Source: an uncultured Bacteroidota bacterium
Lineage (GTDB): Bacteria > Bacteroidota > Ignavibacteria > Kryptoniales > JAKASW01
Length of the DNA stretch: 64,000 bases
Assembly: GCA_963704305.1 (NCBI GenBank)
Contig: OY969888.1
Span: 3,627,247 to 3,691,246 of the forward strand
Reading direction: 5' to 3'
Shown: in pieces, positions 1 through 11,017 of the stretch
Layout: each line of letters opens with the position of its first letter
Position numbering within the stretch: the first letter of the stretch is position 1
Program-made: the position numbers and the translations under genes
Notes under the pieces: generated by a model
What the model was told of the DNA's origin: nothing
Database searches by the model: none
What the model saw: the letters and a program-made list of their open reading frames with translations, nothing else

Positions 1-691
1 CGAAGCGTCGAAATTGTTAGGCAGGGTCTCAAAACAGTTGAGTCTTGTCACCGCACCGTATCTCGGTGGTGCAATTTTGACGAAGGTCGAATTGGTATCG
101 TTAAACTCATCTAAAGTATTGGTCGTGATTTCTGTGGAAACAGGTTTGATAAAGACGATCGTGTTGGAGGTGCAATCTGAAGTGAACCCACAGAGATTGG
201 CGAAGATCAATTCTCTGCTCAACGAACGTCTGGCCGGATTAAAGCTGTCTCAGATTCGCGAAAGCATTCTTGAGCGCGTGGGCGATTACTCGGGTGAGGA
301 TGTGATAAACCGATTTGCTATCATGAGCGAAAGAATCTTCTCACCCTTGCCAGACATCGACAGAGTGCACATCGGCATGCCGGAAGGGATCCTTTCGCAC
401 CCGGAGTTCGTGTTGCCAGAGAACCTCAAGGGAATCCTGGAGATACTTGGCGATGAGAACGTCATCCTTCACGTGCTGGAGAAGAGTGACAGCGAGCCGA
501 TATCGGTGAAAGTCGGATCAGAGAACGACGAGGAGAAGTTGAAAGATTACAGTCTTATATCTGCCCGTTATGAAGTTGGCGGCATCAAAGGGACTGTTGG
601 TGTAATCGGTCCGCGGCGGATGCAATATTCGAGGCTCATACCTCTCGTCGATTTTGTTTCAAAGATTATTTCGAACAAATTAAGCTCGTGA
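1..691 (+). CDS. hrcA: Heat-inducible transcription repressor HrcA (5' end lies outside the window)
   Basis: C-terminal HrcA motifs (PEF; VKVGSEN; GTVGVIGPRRMQYS); directly upstream of grpE-dnaJ. Confidence 0.93.
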   Translation, partial: EASKLLGRVSKQLSLVTAPYLGGAILTKVELVSLNSSKVLVVISVETGLIKTIVLEVQSEVNPQRLAKINSLLNERLAGLKLSQIRESILERVGDYSGEDVINRFAIMSERIFSPLPDIDRVHIGMPEGILSHPEFVLPENLKGILEILGDENVILHVLEKSDSEPISVKVGSENDEEKLKDYSLISARYEVGGIKGTVGVIGPRRMQYSRLIPLVDFVSKIISNKLSS

Positions 692-692
692 T

Positions 693-1352
693 TTGTTTAT
701 GATAGATCACCAGCAAGATCCTCCGGATGAGGAAAACACGAACAAGGAACAACCACTTGAGATGAAGACAAAGCAAGAAATGCCTGAAGAAGAAAAAAAT
801 GCAGAGGAACGAACCATTGAAACTGCCGCATCTGGGACTGAATTGGATAACGATCTTGAAAAGCTTCAGAGGCAGCTGAGCGAATCAGAAGCTCTCATCG
901 GTTCATACAAGGACCAGCTGCTGAGGCTTGCGGCCGAGTTCGAGAACTTCAGAAAAAGAGTAGAGATCGACAAGGCGGACTTTGTGAAATTTTCAAATGA
1001 GAAGATCATAAGAGACCTCCTCCCTATTCTCGATGACTTCGAAAGAGCTCTCGAAAACGGCAAAAAGAATCCTGACACGGCGTCATTTCTGAAAGGTGTG
1101 GAACTGATCTATCAAAAGTTATTCAAGACGCTCGAGGAGAAGGGATTGCGACCGATCGATTCTGTCGGCAAGGAATTCGACGTCATGTACCATGATGTCT
1201 TGATGCAGATCCCGCGTCCCGATGTCAGGCCTCACACGATTGTTGAGGAAGTGGAGCGCGGGTACACGCTGCACGGCAAGGTCATTAAACATGCGAAGGT
1301 GATAGTGGCCGCTGAGGGCAAAGACGGATCGGATACCCAGAAATCAAATTGA
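693..1352 (+). CDS. grpE: Nucleotide exchange factor GrpE (start may be ATG 699 or later)
   Basis: LRLAAEFENFRKR, LLPILDDFERAL, FD..YH, GYTLHGKVIKHAKVIV. Confidence 0.96.
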   Translation: MFMIDHQQDPPDEENTNKEQPLEMKTKQEMPEEEKNAEERTIETAASGTELDNDLEKLQRQLSESEALIGSYKDQLLRLAAEFENFRKRVEIDKADFVKFSNEKIIRDLLPILDDFERALENGKKNPDTASFLKGVELIYQKLFKTLEEKGLRPIDSVGKEFDVMYHDVLMQIPRPDVRPHTIVEEVERGYTLHGKVIKHAKVIVAAEGKDGSDTQKSN

Positions 1353-1375
1353 ACCAAACCACTTAGTACAGGAAA

Positions 1376-2521
1376 ATGGCGAAGAGAGATTACTACGAAA
1401 TTCTTGGCGTTCAAAGAAATGCACCCATAGACGATGTCAAGAAAGCCTATCGCAAACTTGCGATGCAATACCATCCCGACCGCAATCCCGGAAATAAGGA
1501 AGCTGAGGAGAAATTCAAAGAGGCCACCGAAGCTTACGAGGTTCTGAGTGATCAAGACAAGAGATCTCGTTACGACAGATTCGGACATGAGGGCGTGCGT
1601 CAGGGCACGGACTTCCACGACTGGACCAACTCGAATTCAAGCGACATATTCAGTGTGTTCAACGACATTTTCAGCGGCGGCTTCGGCGGGTCGATCTTCG
1701 ATGACTTTTTCGGCGGCGGTACGCGCACCCGGTCGCCGAGCGGTTCAGCCGTCGGCGAACGCGGTACAGATCTGAAGATCTCAGTTAAGCTTACGCTTGA
1801 GGAAATCGCAGCCGGAGTGGAGAAGAAAATCAAGATCAAGCGTCAGGAGAAGTGTCAAACGTGCGGTGGGACCGGTGCCAAAGGCGGCTCCGGTATGACC
1901 ACCTGCACTACCTGTGGCGGCAGCGGTGAAATCCGGAGAGCATCTCGAACAATGTTCGGTCAGTTTGTGAACATCGTCCAGTGTACGACCTGTGGTGGTA
2001 CTGGGAGAATAATAAAAGAGCCCTGCCCGACCTGCAGCGGAGCGGGGCGAGTTGGAGGCGAGTCGACCATCAAAGTGAAGATACCTGCGGGTGTGAGTGA
2101 AGGCAACTATCTGACACTGCGCGGCGAAGGTAACGCGGGCAAACGCGGCGGGCCGGGCGGTGATCTGATCGTGATAATTGAAGAAGCTCCTCACGAGTTT
2201 TTCAAGCGCGACGGAGACGACGTAATCTATGAGCTCGACCTTAGTTTTCCCGAGGCAGCTCTGGGAAGCGAGGTCGAGGTGCCAACGCTCACAGGAAGAG
2301 CAAAGCTGAAAATCGAACCGGGCATCCAGTCGGGAAAGACTCTTCGAATGCGAGAGAAGGGTTTGCCGCACCTTAACAGTTACGGACGGGGTGACGAATT
2401 GGTGACGATAAATGTCTACACTCCGACCAAGCTCAATCAAAAAGAAAAAGAACTGTTGAAGGAACTTCTGCACAGCACCAATACCAAGCCACCGTCTCGA
2501 AATGGAAGCAGTTCAGCCTGA
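1376..2521 (+). CDS. dnaJ: Chaperone DnaJ
   Basis: J domain with HPD, G/F-rich region, four CxxCxGxG zinc-finger repeats. Confidence 0.98.
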   Translation: MAKRDYYEILGVQRNAPIDDVKKAYRKLAMQYHPDRNPGNKEAEEKFKEATEAYEVLSDQDKRSRYDRFGHEGVRQGTDFHDWTNSNSSDIFSVFNDIFSGGFGGSIFDDFFGGGTRTRSPSGSAVGERGTDLKISVKLTLEEIAAGVEKKIKIKRQEKCQTCGGTGAKGGSGMTTCTTCGGSGEIRRASRTMFGQFVNIVQCTTCGGTGRIIKEPCPTCSGAGRVGGESTIKVKIPAGVSEGNYLTLRGEGNAGKRGGPGGDLIVIIEEAPHEFFKRDGDDVIYELDLSFPEAALGSEVEVPTLTGRAKLKIEPGIQSGKTLRMREKGLPHLNSYGRGDELVTINVYTPTKLNQKEKELLKELLHSTNTKPPSRNGSSSA

Positions 2522-2615
2522 CACCATGATCATTATTCAGATATCGCGTTCAATTTGAATCTTGGCTGTTCTTTGCCAATATTCAATCACGCGGAAGGAG
2601 TAGATCAATTCGATA

Positions 2616-3080
2616 ATGATGGCGAAGATCACACGGAGAATCCAGGAAAAGCTTGGCTTGACGAAAAGTGAGGCGGGGATAATCATGTTTCTCAGCTTTG
2701 GCCTGATCGTCGGCGGAACCGCCAAGATTCTGCATCTCGACAGATCCACCGAGCGCTACGATTTCCGTCAGTCGGACTCTCTGTTTGCCGCTGCCTCTTC
2801 GAAAATCGATTCTGTCATAGCTGTAGAAGAGGACACTCTGAAAACATCAACAAAATTGAATTCAAGATCCAAGCCGTCCGTACCTTTTCCGATCGACCTT
2901 AACAAAGCAACCTTGGATGAACTTATCGCGCTGCCAGGAATTGGGAGAGCAACCGCGCAGAAGATTATCGATTACAGAGTAGCGAACGGTAATTTCAAAT
3001 TTCCGGAGGACTTGAAGAAGATCAAAGGGATCGGGGCGAAAAAGTTTGAAAAGATCAGACCATTGATAAAAGTTGAGTAA
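2616..3080 (+). CDS. comEA: ComEA-family helix-hairpin-helix DNA-binding protein with N-terminal TM anchor
   Basis: IDLNKATLDELIALPGIGRATAQKII...DLKKIKGIGAKKFEKI. Confidence 0.85.
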   Translation: MMAKITRRIQEKLGLTKSEAGIIMFLSFGLIVGGTAKILHLDRSTERYDFRQSDSLFAAASSKIDSVIAVEEDTLKTSTKLNSRSKPSVPFPIDLNKATLDELIALPGIGRATAQKIIDYRVANGNFKFPEDLKKIKGIGAKKFEKIRPLIKVE

Positions 3081-3947
3081 ATGAAACAATACAGGATCGT
3101 TCTTGGGATAGAGATCGGAAAGAATGTTCTCCGGGCTGCCGAGATCGAGCACCGGGAAGGAAGCTTTTTCCTTTCAAGGGTCGCTGAGCGCCAGCTCGAG
3201 ACTTTGCAAGTGGACGAGCTGGTCCAAAAGATTTCAATGTTGATCAGCGAGGAAGTCATCCTGTCTCGCGTCGCATCAGTCGCCATTGATACAACGCTGT
3301 CGGAGCGAGACACCGTCGAAGTTGATTCAGATTTACAGCCGGAAGAGATCGTCGATTTCCTGAAGGCGGAAATAGATTTTCACAAGGACTTCACCGGTCA
3401 GGAATTCAGACCGGCATACGAAATAACCGGAACTTCTGAAGACGGTTACAAGGAAGTCTTCTATGCAGCACTCGATCGGAACCTTCTGAAATCGGTGAAA
3501 GATGCCTTTACCCGCTGTGGCATCAATCTGCAATTCATCGACCTGGATCACTCATGTACGGAACTGGCCGTGTACAAACTCATGCAATCACCGAAGAGCT
3601 ACGCACTGATCACTGTTAAAGAAAGCCAGATCGAAGGAAGCTTTTGCTTAGGTGGTGAAAGGAAGATTTATAAGTACATCGATTTTTCGGGAGAACCGTT
3701 TTATCACGTTACCAGAATCGCTCAAGAGCTTGAATCACTCGTAAGAAAGGATGCCGACACAATTTACGTGACCGGAACAAAAGTCGATAATTTCTTGATT
3801 GACCTGCTCAAGAAGAATGTGGACAAGAGATACGAGTTGTTTGTCCCGACTCAAAGCCTTCTCCTTTCCCCCGTCGTCTCGGCAAATGCGAAACTAAAGA
3901 CTCTTCCCCATCATTTCGCTTCCGCTATCGGCGCCGCCCTCAAATAA
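3081..3947 (+). CDS. PilM/FtsA-like actin-fold protein (divergent, orphan)
   Basis: N-terminal LGIEIGKN (cf. PilM GIDIG), late IYVTGT and C-terminal FASAIGAAL (cf. AxAIGLAL). Confidence 0.55.
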   Translation: MKQYRIVLGIEIGKNVLRAAEIEHREGSFFLSRVAERQLETLQVDELVQKISMLISEEVILSRVASVAIDTTLSERDTVEVDSDLQPEEIVDFLKAEIDFHKDFTGQEFRPAYEITGTSEDGYKEVFYAALDRNLLKSVKDAFTRCGINLQFIDLDHSCTELAVYKLMQSPKSYALITVKESQIEGSFCLGGERKIYKYIDFSGEPFYHVTRIAQELESLVRKDADTIYVTGTKVDNFLIDLLKKNVDKRYELFVPTQSLLLSPVVSANAKLKTLPHHFASAIGAALK

Positions 3948-3950
3948 GAA

Positions 3951-4496
3951 ATGAGAATCACCGGCGGACAACTGAGAAGCAGAAGACTGTTGTCAATTCG
4001 GACGCCTGGATTAAGGCCGGCGACTGACACCCTTCGGGTAACGATGTTTAATATCCTGAGTAACATGACAGAGATCGATGGTCGAAGTGCGCTTGATTTG
4101 TACGCCGGTACAGGCGGCGTCGGTTTCGAAGCCTTGAGTAGAGGTGCAAGGAGAGCAGTATTCGTTGAAGCAGATAGAAAGACCGCAGCTGTCCTGCGCA
4201 ACAATGCAATCAACCTTGGAGTTGACGACCGTTGCGACATTCTCATAACGAAGGTGGAGCTGTATTTGACCGAATGCGAGGAAAAGTTCGACATGATTTT
4301 CGTGGACCCCCCTTACGCGATCAACGAGACAACAGGGCAGATCATCGATGAGATTTTGTCACGCAACATATTGAACCGGGCAGGAATTATTTGTGTTGAA
4401 CACTCCAACGGCTACGTACCACCATCTTCGATTGTGTTCCGTCAGAGACATTTTGGCTCGACAATACTATCCTTCATAAAGCCGGAGATGAAATGA
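3951..4496 (+). CDS. rsmD: 16S rRNA (guanine966-N2) methyltransferase RsmD
   Basis: MRITGG...LRPATD, LDLYAGTGGVGFEALSRGA, FVDPPY; adjacent to coaD. Confidence 0.93.
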   Translation: MRITGGQLRSRRLLSIRTPGLRPATDTLRVTMFNILSNMTEIDGRSALDLYAGTGGVGFEALSRGARRAVFVEADRKTAAVLRNNAINLGVDDRCDILITKVELYLTECEEKFDMIFVDPPYAINETTGQIIDEILSRNILNRAGIICVEHSNGYVPPSSIVFRQRHFGSTILSFIKPEMK

Positions 4497-5002
4497 AAAT
4501 CGCAATCTATCCTGGTACATTCGATCCCGTCACGAACGGTCACGTTGATGTCGCTGCCCGCGCAGCCAAGCTGTTCGACAAGGTCATAATCTGCGTTGCA
4601 GTAAACTCAGGCAAGTCCCCGTTCTTCAGCAAGACGGAGAGAATCGAAATGGTCAAAGAGGCGGTCAAAAGCGTGAAGAACATAGAGGTCGAGGAATTCG
4701 ATGGACTGCTGGTAGATTACGCGAAGAAGAGAAACGCTGATGCGATCGTGCGCGGCCTGAGGGCAGTATCGGACTTTGAATATGAATTCCAGATGGCGTT
4801 GACGAATAGGAAACTGTGTTCAAGTGTTGACACAGTCTTCCTGATGCCGCATGAGAAGTACACTTATCTGAATAGCACGATAGTTCGGGAGATAGCGCGC
4901 TTCGGCGGTGATGTTGGTGAGTTTGTACCATTGCACGTGCAAAAAATGTTTGAAGATAAAATCAGAGATGCGAAAACAAAACGGAGGAGGAAGAAACATT
5001 AA
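4493..5002 (+). CDS. coaD: Pantetheine-phosphate adenylyltransferase
   Basis: YPGTFDPVTNGH, RGLRAVSDFEYE. Confidence 0.97.
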   Translation: MKIAIYPGTFDPVTNGHVDVAARAAKLFDKVIICVAVNSGKSPFFSKTERIEMVKEAVKSVKNIEVEEFDGLLVDYAKKRNADAIVRGLRAVSDFEYEFQMALTNRKLCSSVDTVFLMPHEKYTYLNSTIVREIARFGGDVGEFVPLHVQKMFEDKIRDAKTKRRRKKH

Positions 5003-6195
5003 TGACGTCTCTCTCGGAAAAGGTTGGCTTGATTGAAGAATCACAGACCATAGCAATAACTACCTTAGCCCGAAAGCTTCGCGCGCAGGGAAAGAACGTA
5101 ATAAGTCTGAGTGCAGGAGAACCTGATTTCCCTACTCCGGAGAACATCAAACAAGCTGCCATCGGCGCGATACAAGGCAATTTCACGAAGTACACTCAGA
5201 ACGAAGGAATTCCTGAACTTCGTGAAGCAGTCGCTGAGAAATTTCGGAAGGAGAACGGCCTGAAGGTGTCCGCAAACGACATCCTTATATCGAGCGGCGG
5301 GAAACATTCGATCTTCAATGCGCTCCAGACAATATGCAACCCGGGAGATGAGGTGATAATTCCTTCACCGTACTGGGTTAGCTTCCCCGAGATGGTGAAG
5401 CTCGCGGGAGCGACTCCGGTGATCCTTCGGACGAATGAAGAACATGGATTCACATTCACGGCAGAAGACCTGAGGCCGCTGGTATCACAAAAGACTAAAG
5501 CCTTGATCATTAACTCCCCTTCAAATCCTACGGGAACGATGTTGGACGAGGACGCTTTTTACGGAATTGCGAGTCTTGCAAGGGAAAAAGATTTTTTCAT
5601 TATCTCCGATGAGATTTACGAGAAGATTGTCTACGACGGCAACAAACATTTTTCGATCGGATCCATAGCAGAGGTTCAGGACAAAGTCATAACGATCGGC
5701 GGAGTTTCGAAGGCTTACTCGATGACAGGTTGGCGAATAGGTTTTATGGCAGCAAACGAGGAGATCATAAAAAGTGCTGCCAAAATCCAAAGCCAGATGA
5801 CTTCGAACGCTTCTTCAATTTCACAGGCCGCTGCACTCGAAGCCATCCGCGGCCCGCAGCGCGACATCGAAACGATGAGACTTGCATTTGAACACAGACG
5901 CGATCTTACATTGGCAATGTTAGAAAAAATGGATGGTTTCAAGACCGTTAAACCGAGCGGGGCATTCTATTTCTTCCCTTCTGTCAAGGACCTGTTCGGG
6001 AGGAAACATGACGGAACAGAACTGACAAACTCAGTCGACGTCGCTCATTACTTTCTCTCGGAAGCGCAGGTGGCGCTTGTTCCGGGAGCAGCATTCGGTT
6101 CCGATGAGCATATCAGAATCTCCTATGCGTATTCTGAAGAAGAGTTGAGGGAGGCGATGCGGAGGATAGCTGACGTTGTCTCGAAACTCCAATGA
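5002..6195 (+). CDS. aspC: PLP-dependent class I/II aminotransferase (aspartate aminotransferase-like)
   Basis: GEPDFPTP, NSPSNPTG, SDEIY, SKAYSMTGWRIG. Confidence 0.88.
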   Translation: MTSLSEKVGLIEESQTIAITTLARKLRAQGKNVISLSAGEPDFPTPENIKQAAIGAIQGNFTKYTQNEGIPELREAVAEKFRKENGLKVSANDILISSGGKHSIFNALQTICNPGDEVIIPSPYWVSFPEMVKLAGATPVILRTNEEHGFTFTAEDLRPLVSQKTKALIINSPSNPTGTMLDEDAFYGIASLAREKDFFIISDEIYEKIVYDGNKHFSIGSIAEVQDKVITIGGVSKAYSMTGWRIGFMAANEEIIKSAAKIQSQMTSNASSISQAAALEAIRGPQRDIETMRLAFEHRRDLTLAMLEKMDGFKTVKPSGAFYFFPSVKDLFGRKHDGTELTNSVDVAHYFLSEAQVALVPGAAFGSDEHIRISYAYSEEELREAMRRIADVVSKLQ

Positions 6196-7361
6196 CCATT
6201 CCGGTAATTCGACTCAAACCCAAAGAAGACAAACGAATCACATCAGGACATCAATGGGTGTTCAGCAACGAGATCGCTCAAATCGAGGGGAAACCCGAAA
6301 CGGGCGACGTCGTGGAAGTTAGAAGCAAAAGGGATGAGCAATTAGGATTCGGCTTCTATAATCAGAAGACCTTGATTGCGATCAGAATTTTCTCCCGAAA
6401 TTATGTTGAACCGGATAGAAACTTTTTCATTGATAGAATTCAATCCGCTCTTTCTTTGCGGCAAAAAATCTTCGGTACTCCTTTCTACCGGCTGACCTAC
6501 GGTGAAAGTGATTTCCTGCCAGGGCTTATCATCGACCGCTTCGATAATTTGTTCACTGTCCAGATGCTTTCTGCCGCGATTGAGAAGAGAAAAGAGATCA
6601 TCTATGATTCGCTTAACGATCTATTTTCACCCACAGCAATCTACGAACGCAATGACACCAGCGCAAGAGAACTCGAGGGTCTTGCTCAGACGAAGTCGAT
6701 AGTCTGCGGGCAAGAACAGACGATCGACTATGATGAGGAAGGCGTTATCTTTCGAATAAATCCGTTCCGCGGACAAAAGACCGGCTTCTATTTTGACCAG
6801 AGGATGAATAGAATTTTCTCACGCCGATTTGGTGATCGTTCAAGGGTCCTCGATCTTTTTTCAAACGAAGGCGGATTCGGATTAAACTTATCTCGCAGCG
6901 GAGCGACAAAAGTGATTGCCGTTGATTCATCAGAAGCAGCGACGAGGTCTGTGTCGCTGAACGCAAATCTAAATGGATTGACAAACATAGTTGCAGAGAC
7001 AGCCGATGTCCAAAGCTACCTGGAAAGAGCAGAAGATTCAGGCGAAAAGTATGATGTGATAATATGTGATCCTCCGAGTTTCGCGCGAAACAGAAGAAGT
7101 GTGGGAAGCGCAAAAGCTGGATATAGGCGCTTGCACGAAAGCCTGTTTAAGATCATTGACGCAAATGGGATCTTGCTTACGGCTTGTTGCTCACACCACA
7201 TTTATCGAGAGACCTTTGAAAAGGTAGTCTGGGAAGCGGCATTGAGGTCGGGAAGATCGCTGCAGCTTTTACACCGGGCGGGAGCTTCGCCCGATCATCC
7301 CGTGTTGCCGGCAATGCCAGAGACAGAATATTTGAAATTCAGCGCCTACAGAGTTCTGTAG
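6192..7361 (+). CDS. rlmI: RlmI-family rRNA m5C methyltransferase (PUA + SAM domains)
   Basis: GHQWVFSNEI, GESDFLPGLIIDRF, GQKTGFYFDQR, DPPSF, PDHP. Confidence 0.85.
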   Translation: MTIPVIRLKPKEDKRITSGHQWVFSNEIAQIEGKPETGDVVEVRSKRDEQLGFGFYNQKTLIAIRIFSRNYVEPDRNFFIDRIQSALSLRQKIFGTPFYRLTYGESDFLPGLIIDRFDNLFTVQMLSAAIEKRKEIIYDSLNDLFSPTAIYERNDTSARELEGLAQTKSIVCGQEQTIDYDEEGVIFRINPFRGQKTGFYFDQRMNRIFSRRFGDRSRVLDLFSNEGGFGLNLSRSGATKVIAVDSSEAATRSVSLNANLNGLTNIVAETADVQSYLERAEDSGEKYDVIICDPPSFARNRRSVGSAKAGYRRLHESLFKIIDANGILLTACCSHHIYRETFEKVVWEAALRSGRSLQLLHRAGASPDHPVLPAMPETEYLKFSAYRVL

Positions 7362-7511
7362 CCGTTCTCATTGGGAATTTCTCAGTATTCCTGCGGCTGT
7401 GGACAAAAGGTCGGAACTATCTTGGATGCGTTGGCATTTAATCTATTGAGGATGAGAAGCGTCTAAGACGAAGATGAAATACTCATGCACTTGTATTAGA
7501 TTATTGCAGGA

Positions 7512-8210
7512 GTGAAGAAAATGGTTATGAAAGCAATCCTGTTTGCCTTCGTGCTGGTGAGCGTTGCATCTGCTCAGCAGCCAAATCGATCCGTCGAGCC
7601 CGACTCCCAATACGCGTTTATGCCGATCAAGAGTCTTGCTCCTGACACTGCTGAAAAGTCAAATGCCCTTGGCTTGGACATAATGCTTGGCAACAGCGGT
7701 TTCGGTCTGGGGTTTTTCTACAGACAATCGTTGACAAGCACTTTGTCGTGGACTTTTTCTATCAGCGGCTCGGAAGCAAAAGCGCCGAACGAAATGGATA
7801 CATATTACTACGACTACTATACCGGCACCTACGAGAAGACAGTTATCGGAAAAGTCAATCAGCTGTTTGTCTTCCCCGCCATGATAGGACTTCAGTATCG
7901 GCTATTCAAAGATGAGATTACGGGCACCCTCCGTCCCTACATATTTGGTGGCATAGGGCCAAATGCTATCTTCGCTGCTCCATACAATGAGCCACTATCA
8001 ACGAGTCTTTCCCACGGTCGTGGATACTTTGGACCCGGAGCATACATTGGGTGCGGCGCCTATTTCGGTCCGGATCCGAATAGTCTAATCGGAGTGAGCG
8101 TCCGTTATTATATTCTGCCGATGTCGCACGGAATCGAGAGTCTGCAGAATGAGCCAATGGCTAACTTCAACACGTTCTTTATTTCGTTCAACGTCGCGAC
8201 TCAGTACTGA
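7512..8210 (+). CDS. Secreted protein, probable outer-membrane beta-barrel
   Basis: Signal peptide (ASA-QQ), alternating amphipathic strands, RPYIFGGIG, aromatic C-terminus. Confidence 0.6.
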   Translation: MKKMVMKAILFAFVLVSVASAQQPNRSVEPDSQYAFMPIKSLAPDTAEKSNALGLDIMLGNSGFGLGFFYRQSLTSTLSWTFSISGSEAKAPNEMDTYYYDYYTGTYEKTVIGKVNQLFVFPAMIGLQYRLFKDEITGTLRPYIFGGIGPNAIFAAPYNEPLSTSLSHGRGYFGPGAYIGCGAYFGPDPNSLIGVSVRYYILPMSHGIESLQNEPMANFNTFFISFNVATQY

Positions 8211-11017
8211 CCTTTCTCCAGCACGTTCTTAAGCACAGACCCGGTACTTGATCCTCTCGCCTTAACAATCTCTTCCGGAGTCCCGGCAGCAACTACCTTT
8301 CCACCTTCCTCGCCTGCATCCGGACCAAGATCAATCACGTAGTCTGCGCACTTAATAACATCGAGGTTGTGCTCAACAACGATGATGCTGTTTCCTCTGT
8401 CTCGAAGATCGAACAATACCTGCATGAGCTTGGCTATTTCTTCAAAGTGTAGACCTGTCGTGGGTTCATCGAGAATGAATAAGACTTCCGTTTCACTGCT
8501 GGTTGACAGATAATTCGAAATCTTGAGACGCTGTGCCTCGCCGCCTGACAGCGTTGACAGTCTTTGTCCGAGTTTCAGGTAAGCAAGCCCCACACGGTCG
8601 AGAAGATTTAGCGATCTCACAACCTCTTTGTTGTCGCTGAAGAGCTCCAGCGCTTCGGCAACGGTTAGGTCCAGGACTTCGGCTATGTTTTTTCCGCGGT
8701 ACTTAATCTCGAGCGCTTCAGAACTGTATCTTTTCCCATTGCAAACTTCGCAATCAAGGGTGACGTTGGCAAGAAACTGCATCTCGACGACCTGTATTCC
8801 CTCACCGTTGCATGCTTCACATCTGCCGCCCCACTCAACGTTAAAAGAGAAGTAGCTCGGAGACAGTCCTCTTTCTCTGGAAAGTGGGGTGCTGGCGAAA
8901 ATGCTTCTGATAGGATCGAATGCGCCGCTGTACGTCGCGACATTAGATCTCGATATTCTTCCGACAGCGCTCTGGTCGACAAGCTCGACGGATTGCGGCA
9001 GGTAGTCAAATGTTATCCCTTTTGCATGACTTGTTGAGATCTCGGCGTTTTCTCGCGAGCTCGCCACGGAGAGTTCAGCGAGATGGTCTTTGACGGCATC
9101 ATACAAAACATCATAGACCAGAGTGCTCTTCCCCGAACCGCTCACTCCGGTTATGCAGACAAAGGAATATAGTGGAATGTCCACATTCAAATTGAAAAGG
9201 TTATGCATCGTAGCTTCTTTGATGTGGATAAACTTGTCGACGGGCTTTCTTTTTGTGGGAATGGGAATTGTCCTTTCACCTCGCAAGTACTTGCCTGTCA
9301 AGGAGACTTTTGAGTTAAGCAATCCGTCAAAGGGTCCCTCATAAATTATCTGTCCGCCCAGCGTCCCTGATCCCGGACCGAGATCGATTATGTGATCAGC
9401 GCTTTTCATCGTCTCTGGGTCGTGCTCGACCACTATCACCGTGTTCTGGAAGGACTTCAGGTGCTTCAGGATTGAAACAAGTCTGTCAATATCCCGTGGA
9501 TGGAGGCCGATGCTCGGTTCATCGAGGACGTACGTGGTGGCAACCAATGTTGACGCCAGACTTGTCGATAGATTGACCCTCTGTGCTTCGCCACCTGACA
9601 GCGTTGAAGAAAGTCGATCTAAGGTCAGATATCCCAATCCAATTTGAAAAAGATAACCGACTCTCTTGCGAATTTCGTCAAGCACCTGAGTCGCGATCAG
9701 AGCGTTTTCTCCTTCGAGGTTTACCAATTCAAAGAACTTGTGAGCGCGTCCGACCGTCATGCCGACCGTGCTTGCGATATTCTGTCCGTCGACTTGTACA
9801 GCAAGCGCTTCCTGGCGCAATCGTGCTCCGTTGCAAGTCGGACATACAACGTAACCCCGGTATTTGTCGAGGAAGTATCTCACAGAAAAAGAATGAGATT
9901 TCTTCTCGAGCTGTTTAACAAATCCCCGCATACCCAGGAAAGTCTTATCACCTTCAACCAGAAATCTCCATTCGTCCGATGTCAGGTTGCTCACTGCCAC
10001 ATCGAGGCGAATCTTGCCGGAACTTGCTGCCTTGATTAGCGACCGACGATGCAAATCAAAGGCCGGTGCAGATATTAAGCTGACCCCTCCGTGAAGAATA
10101 CTGAGAAATGGATTAGTGATTGTCTTTTCCCAATCATAGCCCATAACTGTTCCGAATCCTTGGCAATCCGGACAGGCTCCGTAGGGATTGTTGAAAGAAA
10201 ACAATCTCGGTTCCGGCTCCAGATACGCTCTTCCACACTCTGAGCACTCGAATTTGTTGGAGTAACGCTTCATCATCTTACTATCGATGTCATAGACGAA
10301 AATGTTACCGGTGCCATTCAGGAATCCCTGCTCACATGCTTCGATCACTCTCTCGGCGTAGCCTTCGTTGCCAACCACTACTCTGTCTGCTAGAACCAAG
10401 AACTCGCCAGACGGGTCGAATTGATTCACGTTCGAGTCGATAATTAATCCGGGGGCGGTGAGATCAGCAAATCGGTAAAAGCCCCGCTTCTTCAGATCCG
10501 ATATGATTGCATCCGAGCTCTTACTCCTGATGTTGAAAAATATGTATAACTTTTTTCCGGGCGGCATATTACGGACTGCGCTTAAGATCAATTGCGGTGA
10601 GTACTTGACTACCGGGATGTGGCAATCGAGACAAACGACGGTGCCAGCCCTGCCGTAAAGCAGCCTGAGGTAGTCATAAATCTCTGTCATTGTCGCCACC
10701 GTAGAGCGCGGATTCCGCCTCAAGCGCCTCTGTTCAATTGCCACAGTTGGCGTAATACCGTGAACCGTGTCAAGATCCGGTTTTTCCATCCGCTCGAGAA
10801 ACTGTCTCACATAAGCCGAGAGGCTTTCTATGTACCTCCTTTGCCCTTCGGCGTAAATCGTGTCAAAGGCGAGGCTCGACTTGCCACTTCCGGACGGCCC
10901 GGTGATCACGGTGATCTGACCCTTCGGAATCTTGACAGTAATATTTTTTAAGTTGTGCGTCCGTACTCCTTCAAGGACGATGGATCCATCTACCGATACT
11001 TTTTTCGTTTCGCTCAT
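8201..11017 (-). CDS. uvrA: Excinuclease ABC subunit A
   Basis: Two Walker A motifs (GPSGSGKSS, GVSGSGKST), two LSGGEAQR signatures, LDEPSIGLH and LDEPTTGLH, CxxC zinc fingers. Confidence 0.95.
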   Translation of the reverse strand: MSETKKVSVDGSIVLEGVRTHNLKNITVKIPKGQITVITGPSGSGKSSLAFDTIYAEGQRRYIESLSAYVRQFLERMEKPDLDTVHGITPTVAIEQRRLRRNPRSTVATMTEIYDYLRLLYGRAGTVVCLDCHIPVVKYSPQLILSAVRNMPPGKKLYIFFNIRSKSSDAIISDLKKRGFYRFADLTAPGLIIDSNVNQFDPSGEFLVLADRVVVGNEGYAERVIEACEQGFLNGTGNIFVYDIDSKMMKRYSNKFECSECGRAYLEPEPRLFSFNNPYGACPDCQGFGTVMGYDWEKTITNPFLSILHGGVSLISAPAFDLHRRSLIKAASSGKIRLDVAVSNLTSDEWRFLVEGDKTFLGMRGFVKQLEKKSHSFSVRYFLDKYRGYVVCPTCNGARLRQEALAVQVDGQNIASTVGMTVGRAHKFFELVNLEGENALIATQVLDEIRKRVGYLFQIGLGYLTLDRLSSTLSGGEAQRVNLSTSLASTLVATTYVLDEPSIGLHPRDIDRLVSILKHLKSFQNTVIVVEHDPETMKSADHIIDLGPGSGTLGGQIIYEGPFDGLLNSKVSLTGKYLRGERTIPIPTKRKPVDKFIHIKEATMHNLFNLNVDIPLYSFVCITGVSGSGKSTLVYDVLYDAVKDHLAELSVASSRENAEISTSHAKGITFDYLPQSVELVDQSAVGRISRSNVATYSGAFDPIRSIFASTPLSRERGLSPSYFSFNVEWGGRCEACNGEGIQVVEMQFLANVTLDCEVCNGKRYSSEALEIKYRGKNIAEVLDLTVAEALELFSDNKEVVRSLNLLDRVGLAYLKLGQRLSTLSGGEAQRLKISNYLSTSSETEVLFILDEPTTGLHFEEIAKLMQVLFDLRDRGNSIIVVEHNLDVIKCADYVIDLGPDAGEEGGKVVAAGTPEEIVKARGSSTGSVLKNVLEKGQY

